Shown here one piece after another: positions 1-9,037 of a stretch of 34,785 bases of DNA. This DNA comes from Candidatus Fraserbacteria bacterium. GTDB lineage: Bacteria > Bipolaricaulota > Bipolaricaulia > RBG-16-55-9. How positions within the stretch are numbered: position 1 is the first letter of the stretch; each line of letters opens with the position of its first letter. The notes beneath the pieces were generated by a model. That model was not told where the DNA came from, did not search any database, and saw only the letters and a program-made list of their open reading frames with translations. A program made the position numbers and the translations under genes. The DNA lies in assembly GCA_037443265.1 (NCBI GenBank), contig JBBIOR010000017.1:3354-38138 (forward strand), read 5' to 3'.

Positions 1-2
1 CT

Positions 3-473
3 TTACTGAATTTGAATGAGTCCCTGTCGATAGCCGCTGCTCACAAAGTAGCCCATGACGGTCATGAGCACTCCCAGAAGCAGCGTGGTTCCGGCTAAGA
101 CATACAAGGCCGCCTTAAGCCGCGAGTCTTTTTCGAGACGCTCGGCCCCCTGCCAGATCTGCACGAACGTTGCGAAGCTAAGAAACGGCAAGAAGAGAAA
201 GATGTGCTCTTTGGCTTCCATGAAGATTCCGTGCGTCCATGGCCAAGCGCCCTGCTGAATGACGGGCTTAATCACGCTCCCGTACTGGACTACGTAATAG
301 GCTCCTCCCACCATCCAGGCGGCGAAGAAGAGCATCGTCCCGGCCAGTGCGGCTCCTTTGGCCCGAAGGAGTCCCGCCTCCGAAGGCCCATGGAGAAGCT
401 CCACGATGAGCCAGAAGAAGGCGAGAATCCCCAACTCGCCCAACGCAATATGCGCGGCCACGAGAAGTTCCAT
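3..473 (-). CDS. Hypothetical membrane protein (~4 TM helices, His-containing)
   Basis: ORF with four hydrophobic segments and a WPWTHGIFMEAKEHIFLF segment; ATG at 473 follows an AAGGAG RBS (ORF track starts at GTG 491). Confidence 0.75.
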   Translation of the reverse strand: MELLVAAHIALGELGILAFFWLIVELLHGPSEAGLLRAKGAALAGTMLFFAAWMVGGAYYVVQYGSVIKPVIQQGAWPWTHGIFMEAKEHIFLFLPFLSFATFVQIWQGAERLEKDSRLKAALYVLAGTTLLLGVLMTVMGYFVSSGYRQGLIQIQ

Positions 474-643
474 GCTGTGTGTCTCCTTCACCCGCTGATT
501 TCTAGCGCAGCAAGAAACAGCAAAGCCATTTCGAGTCGCGCGAGAAACGCGAAGCTATAAAGGGGAGTCTACGGGAAGCACTTGGCCATTGGCAAATTGA
601 GTAGAGGACACCGCCCATAAGCTAGGGAGCCGGAGGATGTCGA

Positions 644-1129
644 TTAAGGGGATCGGCTTTTCGCTTGCTCCCATTCGGCAAGCACTTGACGCAGCTCATC
701 AGCTAGGATTTGATGGTTCTCCTCCTGCATTCGCGCCTTGAAAGAAGGGTCATTCAGAAAGCGATGGTCTTGTTTCCCGGCGAGCATGGCACGAAAACGT
801 TCGCTGATCTTGGCCCAAGTTCTTCGGCTTGCCTCCCACCACAGCCGCAAAGCCGTCTCCTTGTCCATGGGGGGTCTAGGGATGATAATCACTTGATCCC
901 CAGGGCCGATCAATCTGAAGGGCTCTTCAACCAGCTGTTTCAACTCATCTGGAGGGATCTTCGCTAATAGTTCCTCGATGCTAGGCCATGGCTGCTGTCC
1001 ATTTGATACTGCTTGGAACTCATCTTGCTCTTGAGGAGGGGCGGTGAGTTGAGCTGCACAAGCGGCTAATGTTCCACCCAGCAAGGCGATTAGCAACATC
1101 ACTGCAACCTTGTTGTACGTTATTTCCAT
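644..1129 (-). CDS. Putative lipoprotein, helical, unknown function
   Basis: MEITYNK + hydrophobic stretch + lipobox LAAC; purine-rich GGAAAGGA RBS before ATG 1129. Confidence 0.7.
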   Translation of the reverse strand: MEITYNKVAVMLLIALLGGTLAACAAQLTAPPQEQDEFQAVSNGQQPWPSIEELLAKIPPDELKQLVEEPFRLIGPGDQVIIIPRPPMDKETALRLWWEASRRTWAKISERFRAMLAGKQDHRFLNDPSFKARMQEENHQILADELRQVLAEWEQAKSRSP

Positions 1130-1155
1130 CTTGCATCGTCCTTTCCCCTTGTCAT

Positions 1156-1611
1156 TCACACCCCACCATGTCCGTAATCATGTGCGCCACAAATTGCTAC
1201 TCCATCCGAAGCCGTATAGAAAGTCACACCATCAGCATGCCAAGAGGAAGGGAAGCTGGCATATACATTCATGCGGTGTTGTTTGGTGGTATTAGCTGGT
1301 ACTGTAAAGGTGTCTACCCCATATGACGTTGTGTATCCCTGCTCGAAGTACCAAGTAAGGTAGTTGACTTCTAGAGACTGTGCTGCGATTACGTAAGTGC
1401 CATCGGAGGAGTACCAAGTGGAGCCCCCTCTGCCTCTCGCGCTATTTACAAAAGGTATGCCGTAAAAGTCAATGTAGGCGAAGGCGCTACTGCACCAAGT
1501 TAGCCCTTGCGGAGTCAGTTCTCCTTGCGAAATGCCTGAATAAAACAGAGAGGCTAATCCAACTGAGATCATTAGTAGGAAGAGCTTAATTGTCTTCAAC
1601 ACTACAATCAC
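1156..1611 (-). CDS. Small secreted beta-rich hypothetical protein
   Basis: GTG start after AAAGGAG; signal-peptide-like N-terminus; aromatic/Ser/Thr/Gly-rich mature part with two Cys; own promoter. Confidence 0.7.
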   Translation of the reverse strand: MIVVLKTIKLFLLMISVGLASLFYSGISQGELTPQGLTWCSSAFAYIDFYGIPFVNSARGRGGSTWYSSDGTYVIAAQSLEVNYLTWYFEQGYTTSYGVDTFTVPANTTKQHRMNVYASFPSSWHADGVTFYTASDGVAICGAHDYGHGGV

Positions 1612-1624
1612 CTCCTTTGAGGGG

Positions 1625-1653
1625 ATATTAGCATAAAAGGTCTATTTTGTCAA
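1625..1653 (-). promoter_or_regulatory. Sigma70-type promoter of the 1611/1129 gene pair
   Basis: TTGACA-17 nt-TAATAT with TG-n extended -10 on the minus strand. Confidence 0.7.
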
Positions 1654-1733
1654 GTCCCAACTCAGGATCTGTTCAAATAAGAGTTGATACCGATATGAAC
1701 GCGCTTTAGTGATGAGTGTTTTCGTAGAGGCGT

Positions 1734-3128
1734 TTAGACTCTCTTTAAGGCCGCGATAAGATCCAGTACCATCTGCTTGCCGTCGCCAAAGAGCATGAGC
1801 GCATTATCCGCGGCAAAGAGCGGGTTGGGAATGCCAGCAAAGCCGGGGCTGAGGCTCCGTTTGATCACGATCACCGTGCGTGCTTTGTCGACATCCAAAA
1901 TGGGCATGCCCGCGATGGGATTGGAGGGATCGTTCGTGTTGCGGGCCAGCGGATTGACGACGTCATTCGCGCCGATGACGAGCACCACATCCGTCTGCTC
2001 GAAGGTGGGATTAATCTCGTCCATCTCTTTAAGTTTTTCATAGGGGATGTCGGCCTCGGCCAGGAGCACGTTCATGTGGCCGGGCATCCGCCCGGCCACG
2101 GGATGGATGGCAAACTCAACTTCAACGCCTTTTGATCCGAGAAGATTGGCCAGATCTCGCACGGCATGCTGGGCCTGCGAGACGGCCAGGCCATAGCCGG
2201 GGACGATCACCACTCGGCGCGCGTCTTGCAAGATGAGCGCCACTTCCTCGGGCGTGGCGGACTTCACGCGCCCCGCGTAGATGTCGGCTTTCGCCCCCGC
2301 CACGGCGCCCACTCCCGCGAAGAAGACGTTGGCCAGCGAACGATTCATCGCCCGGCACATGAGCAGCGTAAGCAGCGTACCCGAGGAGCCCACCAGCGTG
2401 CCTCCGATGATCATCGCTTGATTGCTGATTACGAAACCGTCTGCGGCCACAGCCAGGCCTGTGAAGGCGTTCAGGAACGAGATGACCACAGGCATGTCAG
2501 CTCCACCGATGGGAAGCACCATCAGCACGCCAAAGACCAGCGCGCCTAGGAAGAGAACGGCATAGAGCCACGGGATAATGCCTACTCCGAGCAGATAGAG
2601 TGCGATCAACCCGAGCACCGCCAAAAGGCTCATGTTGATGGGCTTCTGCAACGGATACTTCACCGGCTGCTCCGTGAGGATCCCCTGCAACTTGCCGAAG
2701 GCCACAAGACTCCCACTGAAGGCGATCGAGCCTACGACCGTGGCAAAGACGATGGCGATGGCCATACCCACAGGGATTCCTGTCTCAAGGCGCTGCAAAA
2801 ATTCAACGGCGGCAATCAGAGCCGCGGCCCCACCCCCCACGCCGTTGAAGAGGGCCACCATCTGGGGCATCGCCGTCATGGGCACGCGGTAGGCACCCAG
2901 CGCGCCCACGGCCGTGCCAACGGCGATTCCCAATAGCATCAGGCCGTAGTTGAGGATATGGCCGCCCTCGAGCAGCGGGATGGTCGCCAAAAGAGCCATG
3001 AGCATCCCGAGGGCCGCCAGGAGATTGCCCGAGCGCGCTCCAGCTGGGGAGCTCAGGCGCTTCATGCCCAAGATGAATAGAACCGCAGCGAACAGATACG
3101 CCCAGTGAATCCACACCGGCGTGCTCAC
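1734..3128 (-). CDS. pntB: NAD(P) transhydrogenase subunit beta
   Basis: Membrane domain plus domain III motifs VPGYGLAVSQAQH, HPVAGRMPGHMNVLLAEA, GANDVVNP, KRS. Confidence 0.97.
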   Translation of the reverse strand: MSTPVWIHWAYLFAAVLFILGMKRLSSPAGARSGNLLAALGMLMALLATIPLLEGGHILNYGLMLLGIAVGTAVGALGAYRVPMTAMPQMVALFNGVGGGAAALIAAVEFLQRLETGIPVGMAIAIVFATVVGSIAFSGSLVAFGKLQGILTEQPVKYPLQKPINMSLLAVLGLIALYLLGVGIIPWLYAVLFLGALVFGVLMVLPIGGADMPVVISFLNAFTGLAVAADGFVISNQAMIIGGTLVGSSGTLLTLLMCRAMNRSLANVFFAGVGAVAGAKADIYAGRVKSATPEEVALILQDARRVVIVPGYGLAVSQAQHAVRDLANLLGSKGVEVEFAIHPVAGRMPGHMNVLLAEADIPYEKLKEMDEINPTFEQTDVVLVIGANDVVNPLARNTNDPSNPIAGMPILDVDKARTVIVIKRSLSPGFAGIPNPLFAADNALMLFGDGKQMVLDLIAALKRV

Positions 3129-3129
3129 T

Positions 3130-3408
3130 TTACGGTCTCCTCCGGAACATCTGCAGCATGCGATCCGTCACGAGAAATCCGCCGACCACGTTGATCGTCC
3201 CGAAGACCACGGCGATAAAGCCAAAGAGGATGGCGAAGAGGCTCTCGGCGGTGGCCAAGACGAGCAGGCCGCCCAGCATCACGATTCCATGGATGGCATT
3301 GGTGCCCGACATGAGCGGCGTATGCAATATGGGGGGCACCTTGCTGATGACTTCAAAGCCGACGAAGATGGCCAGCACAAAGATCGTAAAGGAGGCCACA
3401 AAGTCCAT
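3130..3408 (-). CDS. pntAB: NAD(P) transhydrogenase subunit alpha part 2 (membrane)
   Basis: LHTPLMSGTNAIHG and NVVGGFLVTDRML motifs; lies between pntAA and pntB. Confidence 0.96.
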   Translation of the reverse strand: MDFVASFTIFVLAIFVGFEVISKVPPILHTPLMSGTNAIHGIVMLGGLLVLATAESLFAILFGFIAVVFGTINVVGGFLVTDRMLQMFRRRP

Positions 3409-4592
3409 TAGCCGGCTCTCCTTTCCGTTGTGACAGCGGATGCGGCGCTCAGAAGTTCGCGCACGCGCGGATGGACGACTTCGCCCTCTCGGGTCACGAG
3501 CGTCTCCCGCGTGATCTCATCTTCTATGTTGAGCTGAATCCGGCCCTCTTTGCTCAGATACAGCAGAAAATTCGAGATGTTCTTCGCATACATCTGGCTG
3601 GCATGGTAGGGGATGGTGGAGGCCACATTGAGAGGCCCAAGGATCGTCACGCCGTTCACGACGATCGTCTGGCCGGGCTGGGTGAGCTCGCAGTTGCCCC
3701 CTCGGTCGGCGGCCAAATCCACGATCACCGAGCCGCTTTTCATGCCCTGGACCATCTCCGCTGTGACGAGCAGCGGCGCCCTCTTGCCGGGAACGGCCGC
3801 CGTGGTGATGACCACGTCGCTCTCAGAGACGACTTTGGCCATGAGCTCCCGCTGTCTTCTATAGAATTCCTCGTCCATGGCGCGGGCATAGCCAAAGGCG
3901 GTCTCCGCCTCTTTCGTCTCCAGGGGCAGCTCCACGAACTTCGCGCCTAAGCTCTGGACCTGCTCTTTGACAGCTGGGCGGATGTCATAGGCCTGGACGA
4001 GGGCACCCAGCTTACGGGCCGTGGCGATGGCTTGCAGGCCCGCCACCCCCGCGCCGACGACGAATACGCGGGCCGGGGTGATCGTGCCCGCAGCCGTCAT
4101 CAGCAGGGGAAACATCTTTGGCGCGGCATTGGCCGCGAGCAGCACCGCCTTATATCCAGCCACCGTGGCCATGGACGAGAGGGCATCCATGCTCTGGGCT
4201 CGAGTGATACGCGGCATAAGTTCCATAGCAAAGGCTGTCACACCCCGTTCTGCCAGCTCCTGCATGGCTTTAGGGGAAGACAAGGGCTCCAGGAACGCAA
4301 TGAGAAACTGGCCTGAGTGAAAGAGGGCAAGATCTGTCCGTCCAGCCTCCAGATTGGCCCCTAAGCCACGCACCTGCAAGATCGCATCGGCCTTGCGGAA
4401 GAGCTCCGCCCGTCTCTCCACAATCGATGCACCCTTTTCGGAGTAGGCCGCATCGGGAAAGCCAGCCGCCGTTCCAGCGCCCGCTTCCACCAAGATCTCC
4501 CAGCCTGCACCTCTTAGCGATGGCAACACAGCGGGCACCAGCGCCACCCGTCTTTCGCCGGGGAAGGTCTCTTTGGGGACTCCAAGGATCAC
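3408..4592 (-). CDS. pntAA: NAD(P) transhydrogenase subunit alpha part 1 (domain I)
   Basis: GVPKE..GERRVA, RITRAQSMDALSS, GAGVAGLQA Rossmann motif, GGNCE. Confidence 0.96.
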   Translation of the reverse strand: MILGVPKETFPGERRVALVPAVLPSLRGAGWEILVEAGAGTAAGFPDAAYSEKGASIVERRAELFRKADAILQVRGLGANLEAGRTDLALFHSGQFLIAFLEPLSSPKAMQELAERGVTAFAMELMPRITRAQSMDALSSMATVAGYKAVLLAANAAPKMFPLLMTAAGTITPARVFVVGAGVAGLQAIATARKLGALVQAYDIRPAVKEQVQSLGAKFVELPLETKEAETAFGYARAMDEEFYRRQRELMAKVVSESDVVITTAAVPGKRAPLLVTAEMVQGMKSGSVIVDLAADRGGNCELTQPGQTIVVNGVTILGPLNVASTIPYHASQMYAKNISNFLLYLSKEGRIQLNIEDEITRETLVTREGEVVHPRVRELLSAASAVTTERRAG

Positions 4593-4735
4593 AGGTCTCG
4601 CCTCTGGTTCACGGTTGCTCTTTATCTATCGCAAAATGGCCCAAAGATCAATGATCTGCGTCAGTGGCCATAAAGCTGACAGCTGATGGCTTTTCTGCTA
4701 CGATGTGGGCACAGGGGAAGGGAGAAAGGAGCGCC

Positions 4736-5176
4736 ATGTTCAAAGACATCTTGCTGCCTACAGATGGCTCACAGGGGGTGGATGAGGCCATCAACTGTGC
4801 TGTAGCCCTCGCCAAAAGATTCGACGCCCGGATCCACGTGCTCTTCGTGGTGGAGCTGCCTCGGTTTCAGGAGTATGGGACGGGCATTGCGCTGGCCCAT
4901 CTGGTGAAGGCCCTGGGGGAGGCAGGCGAGCAGATCGTCAGCGAGACGGCCAAGCTCATCCGTGAGTCCGGCGTCCTGGCTGTTCAAGAGGCCCTGGCGG
5001 AGGGCGAGCCTGCCGAAGAGATTATAAAATACGCCCAGAGCCATGATATTGATCTCATCGTGATGGGCACCCATGGGAGAAGGGGCCTGGGTCGCGTGTT
5101 CTTAGGCAGCGTGGCCGAGGAAGTCGTGCGCTCCTCGGACGTCCCCGTGATGACCGTGCGCATGAAGGAGGAATAA
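4736..5176 (+). CDS. Universal stress protein (UspA family)
   Basis: MFKDILLPTDGS start, DLIVMGTHGRRG...LGSVAEEVVR..PV; AAGGAG RBS before ATG 4736. Confidence 0.93.
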   Translation: MFKDILLPTDGSQGVDEAINCAVALAKRFDARIHVLFVVELPRFQEYGTGIALAHLVKALGEAGEQIVSETAKLIRESGVLAVQEALAEGEPAEEIIKYAQSHDIDLIVMGTHGRRGLGRVFLGSVAEEVVRSSDVPVMTVRMKEE

Positions 5177-5848
5177 TTAATGCTCTAAGATTTGCACGCC
5201 GGAGGCACTCCCCACGATGACGCGATCGGCCATCTCCAGAAAGAGTCCATGCTCCACCAGGCCCGGGATGTCATTGAGGGTTCGATCGAGAGCCGGAGGG
5301 TCTTCGATCCCATCGCGAAACTGGCAGTCTAGAACATAATTCCCCTCATCCGTCACAAAGGGTTTTCCCTGGAGCTCTCTAAGCTTGGGCTCGGCTCCCA
5401 GCTTGATAAGCTCTTTTTGGACTCTCTTCCAGCCAAACGGGAGGACTTCCACGGGCAGGGGCCCTCTGAACCGCTCGACCAGCTTCGAGTCGTCCACAAT
5501 GACGATGAACTGGCGGCTGGCTGTGGCAACGATCTTCTCGCGGGTGAGTGCTCCCCCCAGGCCCTTGATGAGATTGAGCTGGGGATCGACCTCATCGGCC
5601 CCATCGACGGTGAGGTCGATTTGCGGGTGAGCCTCGAGCGTAGAGAGGGGCAGGCCGAGTCTGCGGGCCAGTTGCTCGGTGCGCACGGATGTGGGGATCG
5701 TCACAAAATCGCTCCATGGGCGGGCTTGATAACGCCCAGCGAGGGCTTGAATGAAATATTCCGCTGTCTTTCCGGTGCCCAAGCCGAGCACGCGGACTCC
5801 TCGCACGAACTTAAGTGCCTGCTCCGCTGCCACCTGCTTAGGGTCCAT
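5177..5848 (-). CDS. rpiA: Ribose-5-phosphate isomerase A
   Basis: GLGTGKT, DGADEVD, IKGLGGALTREK, VEHGLF motifs; start ATG 5848 or GTG 5869. Confidence 0.95.
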   Translation of the reverse strand: MDPKQVAAEQALKFVRGVRVLGLGTGKTAEYFIQALAGRYQARPWSDFVTIPTSVRTEQLARRLGLPLSTLEAHPQIDLTVDGADEVDPQLNLIKGLGGALTREKIVATASRQFIVIVDDSKLVERFRGPLPVEVLPFGWKRVQKELIKLGAEPKLRELQGKPFVTDEGNYVLDCQFRDGIEDPPALDRTLNDIPGLVEHGLFLEMADRVIVGSASGVQILEH

Positions 5849-5853
5849 GTGGC

Positions 5854-7428
5854 TCAGCCGTTTGCCCACTCCCCTTCTGAAGTTTCCACGCGTTTGAGTT
5901 CTCTTTCAAAGAGCGTGGCCAGAGAAGCGGCCTTCTCATCGTAGGCTTGGCGGTTCTGCCAGGCCCGCCAAGGCTGGAGAAGATCTGCGCGCACGCCCGG
6001 ATAGCGAGCAGGTACCTTGAGCCCAAAGATGGGATCTTCCCGGAAGGGCGCTCGTTCGAGTGTGCCGTCGATGGCTGCCCGCACGAGCGCGCGGGTCTGT
6101 GCCAGCGGGATGCGCTGGCCCACCCCAAACGGCCCGCCGGTGATGCCCGTATTGAGCAACCAGACGCTCGCTTGATGTTGCTCCAAGCGCGCGCGCAGCA
6201 TCTGGGCGTAGACCGCGGGCGGACGCGGCAGGAACGGCGCGCCAAAGCAGGGGCTGAACGTCGCCTGAGGCTCACGGACTCCGCGCTCCGTTCCGGCCAC
6301 TTTGGCTGTATATCCCAATAAGAAATAGCGAATCGCTTGCTCGATGGAGAGCCGCGCAATGGGTGGAAGCACTCCGAAGGCATCGTAGGTGAGCAGGAAG
6401 ATCGCCTTCGGATGCCCGCCCAGGCCCTCTCTCACCACGCGCTCTAAGTGCGTGATGGGATACGCCGCGCGGGTGTTCTCCGTAATGGCAGCACTGGCGA
6501 AATCAGGGACACGAGTATCTGCGTCCAACACGACGTTCTCTAAGACCGTCCCAAACTTGAGCGAGGCCTGATAGATCTCAGGCTCGTGCTCTGGGCGGAT
6601 GCCGATGACTTTCGCGTAGCAACCGCCCTCAAAATTGAAGATGCCCCCCTCAAACCAGCCGTGCTCGTCGTCCCCGATGAGCCACCTTTGAGCGTCCGTA
6701 GAGAGCGTAGTCTTGCCGGTGCCGGAGAGCCCAAAGAAGAGGGCCACATCGCCCTGGGCTCCGGCGTTGGCCGAGCAGTGCATCGGGAAGACCCCCTGGG
6801 CCGGCAAGAAGAAATTGAGCACGCTGAAGATGGATTTTTTGATCTCGCCTGCGTAGTGAGTGCCGCCGATCAGAGCCAGTCTCTTCTTTAGGTGGATTAA
6901 AATGAACGTCCCTGAGCGGGTGTGGTCGCGTTCCGGAACGGCCTGGAAATGAGGCGCGCAGATGACGGTAAAGAACGGCGGGCTGTGCAGGGGAGGCTCC
7001 GGGCGCAAGAAGAGATTATGCGCAAAGAGGCTGTGCCAGGCGAGCTCCGTGATGACACGGATAGGGACTCGATACGAGGGATGAGCACAGACTGCGAGAT
7101 CTTGCACGAAGAGCTCGCGTCCTTCCAGATAGCGCAGCATCTTCTGATGCAGGAGATCGAAGGCCTCCGGCTCCCAGGGCTGATTGATCGCGCCCCAGGC
7201 GATCTGATCCTCCGTGGAAGGCTCACGGACGATGAATCGATCCCGGGGGGATCGCCCGGTATGGACGCCCGTGCGCACCACCAGTGCGCCGCCTTGGCTG
7301 AGCTGACCCTCTCCGCGCTGGAGGATCTTCTCGTAGAGCGCGGGCGGAGGCAAGTTCCAATGGACCTTGCCGGGCCTCTCAATTCCATGCTCTTTAAGTC
7401 CTGTGTGCCTCGACGTATGGGCCTGCAT
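5854..7428 (-). CDS. pckA: Phosphoenolpyruvate carboxykinase (ATP)
   Basis: TGRSP, YAGEIKKS, MHCSAN, GLSGTGKTT, LIGDDEHGW, NFEGGCYAK, TENTRAAY; GAGGTG RBS before ATG 7428. Confidence 0.97.
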   Translation of the reverse strand: MQAHTSRHTGLKEHGIERPGKVHWNLPPPALYEKILQRGEGQLSQGGALVVRTGVHTGRSPRDRFIVREPSTEDQIAWGAINQPWEPEAFDLLHQKMLRYLEGRELFVQDLAVCAHPSYRVPIRVITELAWHSLFAHNLFLRPEPPLHSPPFFTVICAPHFQAVPERDHTRSGTFILIHLKKRLALIGGTHYAGEIKKSIFSVLNFFLPAQGVFPMHCSANAGAQGDVALFFGLSGTGKTTLSTDAQRWLIGDDEHGWFEGGIFNFEGGCYAKVIGIRPEHEPEIYQASLKFGTVLENVVLDADTRVPDFASAAITENTRAAYPITHLERVVREGLGGHPKAIFLLTYDAFGVLPPIARLSIEQAIRYFLLGYTAKVAGTERGVREPQATFSPCFGAPFLPRPPAVYAQMLRARLEQHQASVWLLNTGITGGPFGVGQRIPLAQTRALVRAAIDGTLERAPFREDPIFGLKVPARYPGVRADLLQPWRAWQNRQAYDEKAASLATLFERELKRVETSEGEWANG

Positions 7429-7563
7429 GCACCGCACCTCGTTTCCGTCCGCCGTTTGAGTGAGGACTTTTGAGACTACGAAACATGGCACTATCATACA
7501 CAAAGTGCTTCGCAAAGCCTAATGATTTGGGGCCTGGCGAGAAACAGCGAAGCTATTTTGAAT

Positions 7564-7592
7564 TTGGTGCCGCAGCCAAGATGTGCTAGCAT
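7564..7592 (+). promoter_or_regulatory. Putative sigma70-type promoter of the zinc-ribbon gene
   Basis: TTGGTG-17 nt-TAGCAT with TG-n extended -10. Confidence 0.45.
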
Positions 7593-7705
7593 GGCGAATA
7601 AGGACGATTTGGATCAGGCCCCTGTCGCAGGGCGGGAGACTCCTCGCGCTGGCGGATAGGCCATTCAAATTCGCCCCGATTCTCATGCGAAAGAAGGTGA
7701 ACAAG

Positions 7706-7897
7706 ATGGCGTATCAACAGCGCAGGATGGTCGATGTCCGCCATTTGGGACTCAAGTGCGCCACCTGTGGCGCGGAGATCACTGAGCTGCCCTTCCAGCC
7801 GTCGGGAGACCGCCCCGTGTACTGTCGGGATTGCGCCCGGCAGCAGAGGCGCTCCTCGGGTGGACCCCGCGGTCCGCGACGCGGCGGACGCTTCTAG
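7706..7897 (+). CDS. CxxC-x17-CxxC-type small zinc-ribbon protein with RG-rich tail
   Basis: CATC...LPFQPSGDRPVYCRDC signature; AAGGTGA RBS before ATG 7706. Confidence 0.9.
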   Translation: MAYQQRRMVDVRHLGLKCATCGAEITELPFQPSGDRPVYCRDCARQQRRSSGGPRGPRRGGRF

Positions 7898-7922
7898 GGA
7901 AGACGGAAGTCTGCTAGAGCCG

Positions 7923-7958
7923 TAGAGGGCCATCGGCGACACCGCCGATGGCCCTCTA
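7923..7958. terminator. Perfect 16-bp hairpin between convergent genes; probable bidirectional terminator
   Basis: TAGAGGGCCATCGGCG-acac-CGCCGATGGCCCTCTA; no clear U-tract on either side. Confidence 0.7.
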
Positions 7959-7973
7959 GGTGTTCGACTGCGC

Positions 7974-8789
7974 TTACGGGGAGAGCGACAGCACGTAGGC
8001 CGTAGGGGTAGCCGACCAGTTGATGATGACCACGGCAAAGACGACCCCCAGCACCGGGCCGAAGGGGGCCCGATCGCAGATCTCAGCCAGCACGCCTGGC
8101 GGGGTGAGCTGGAAGCAGAATCCGCCCGGCAGGCCGATCACAATGAGATCCAGATCGACCGTGGGACGGTCCCAGGTGATCACAGCTCGCAGGCTGCCCG
8201 GTGCGGAGACGAAGAGCAGCTGGGCACTGAAGCCGGAGATGACCCGCAGGAGCATCGGGTCACTCAGGTTGGGAAGCTTGGGGCTGGCCTGGCTGCCTTC
8301 CTGGCTGATGGGGATTCCTAGCGCTTGCAGCGACTGGAGGACTTGGTCGAGGCTCTGCCCCTCTTGAATGGGCTTCTGGCCAGGCTGCTGACCCGGCTGC
8401 TGGCCGGAGAGACTGACCACGACCTGCAAGCAATGCTCTCGATCCGTCACGGGTTGGTTGAGCTCGAGCTGGTCGACCTTGAAGGCGAAGCTCTGGTTGT
8501 TGAGGGTGCCACTTATGGCCAGATCGTTGGGAGCAGCTGAGACCTTGAGGCTGAAGCTGGCCGTCTCGCCGGGGTTGATCTGCTTGCCCGGCAGCAGGAA
8601 CTGGGTGGCCAGCGGCGTGCCGTTGAGAGTGAGCTGGATGACCTGAATGACCAGTGTGCCCTGCTGACAGATGTTCTGGATGGAGACGATGGCCTCCAGC
8701 TGCTGTTGCTGGGTCTGGGCGCCGCTGGAGGCGAGGGTGAGCGCCAGAATCACGACCAGACCGGCCGTCAACAATCTTTTAGATCTCAT
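7974..8789 (-). CDS. Secreted Gln-rich hypothetical protein, probably beta-sandwich domains
   Basis: Signal peptide ending in a GA/Q site; INPGETASF and ITW...DLDLIV motifs typical of extracellular beta-sandwich modules; GQQP repeat linker; AAAGGAG RBS. Confidence 0.8.
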   Translation of the reverse strand: MRSKRLLTAGLVVILALTLASSGAQTQQQQLEAIVSIQNICQQGTLVIQVIQLTLNGTPLATQFLLPGKQINPGETASFSLKVSAAPNDLAISGTLNNQSFAFKVDQLELNQPVTDREHCLQVVVSLSGQQPGQQPGQKPIQEGQSLDQVLQSLQALGIPISQEGSQASPKLPNLSDPMLLRVISGFSAQLLFVSAPGSLRAVITWDRPTVDLDLIVIGLPGGFCFQLTPPGVLAEICDRAPFGPVLGVVFAVVIINWSATPTAYVLSLSP

Positions 8790-8942
8790 GTGTTCTCCTT
8801 TCTGAGTCTGAGTTTTGGGACAAAGGGGGTATCTCGCCGTCTGTTGGCCGTTCTGTGAGTAACTCCCGTCACCTCCTGCCTATGAGCCTATCACAGCAGG
8901 CGGTGGGCTTGTCAAGCCAGAAGGGATCTTTAAGAAGGTGGG

Positions 8943-9015
8943 TGGGCGGTGGAGGACTTGAACCCCCGACCTTCTGCACGTCAAGCAGACGCTCTGCCCG
9001 CTGAGCTAACCGCCC
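8943..9015 (-). tRNA. tRNA-Val(GAC)
   Basis: GGGCGGT/ACCGCCC acceptor stem, TCTGC-TTGACGT-GCAGA anticodon arm, GGTTCAAGTCC T arm; CCA not fully encoded. Confidence 0.96.
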
Positions 9016-9037
9016 CTAGATCATCAAGCAGCAGGGG

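Noticed and set aside
510..558. Mini CRISPR array
   Set aside because: Only two degenerate 19-20 bp units with a 10-bp gap; no cas genes
4593..4735. Rex operator or a fourth copy of the 20-bp motif between pntAA and the Usp gene
   Set aside because: No TTGTGAA-N4-TTCACAA palindrome; the partial ATGGCTTT match is better read as lying beside an extended -10 (TGcTACGAT)
7974..8960. Integrative element at the tRNA-Val 3' end
   Set aside because: No integrase, host-like composition, and only an 8-nt GGCGGTGG match (8899-8906), too short for an att duplication
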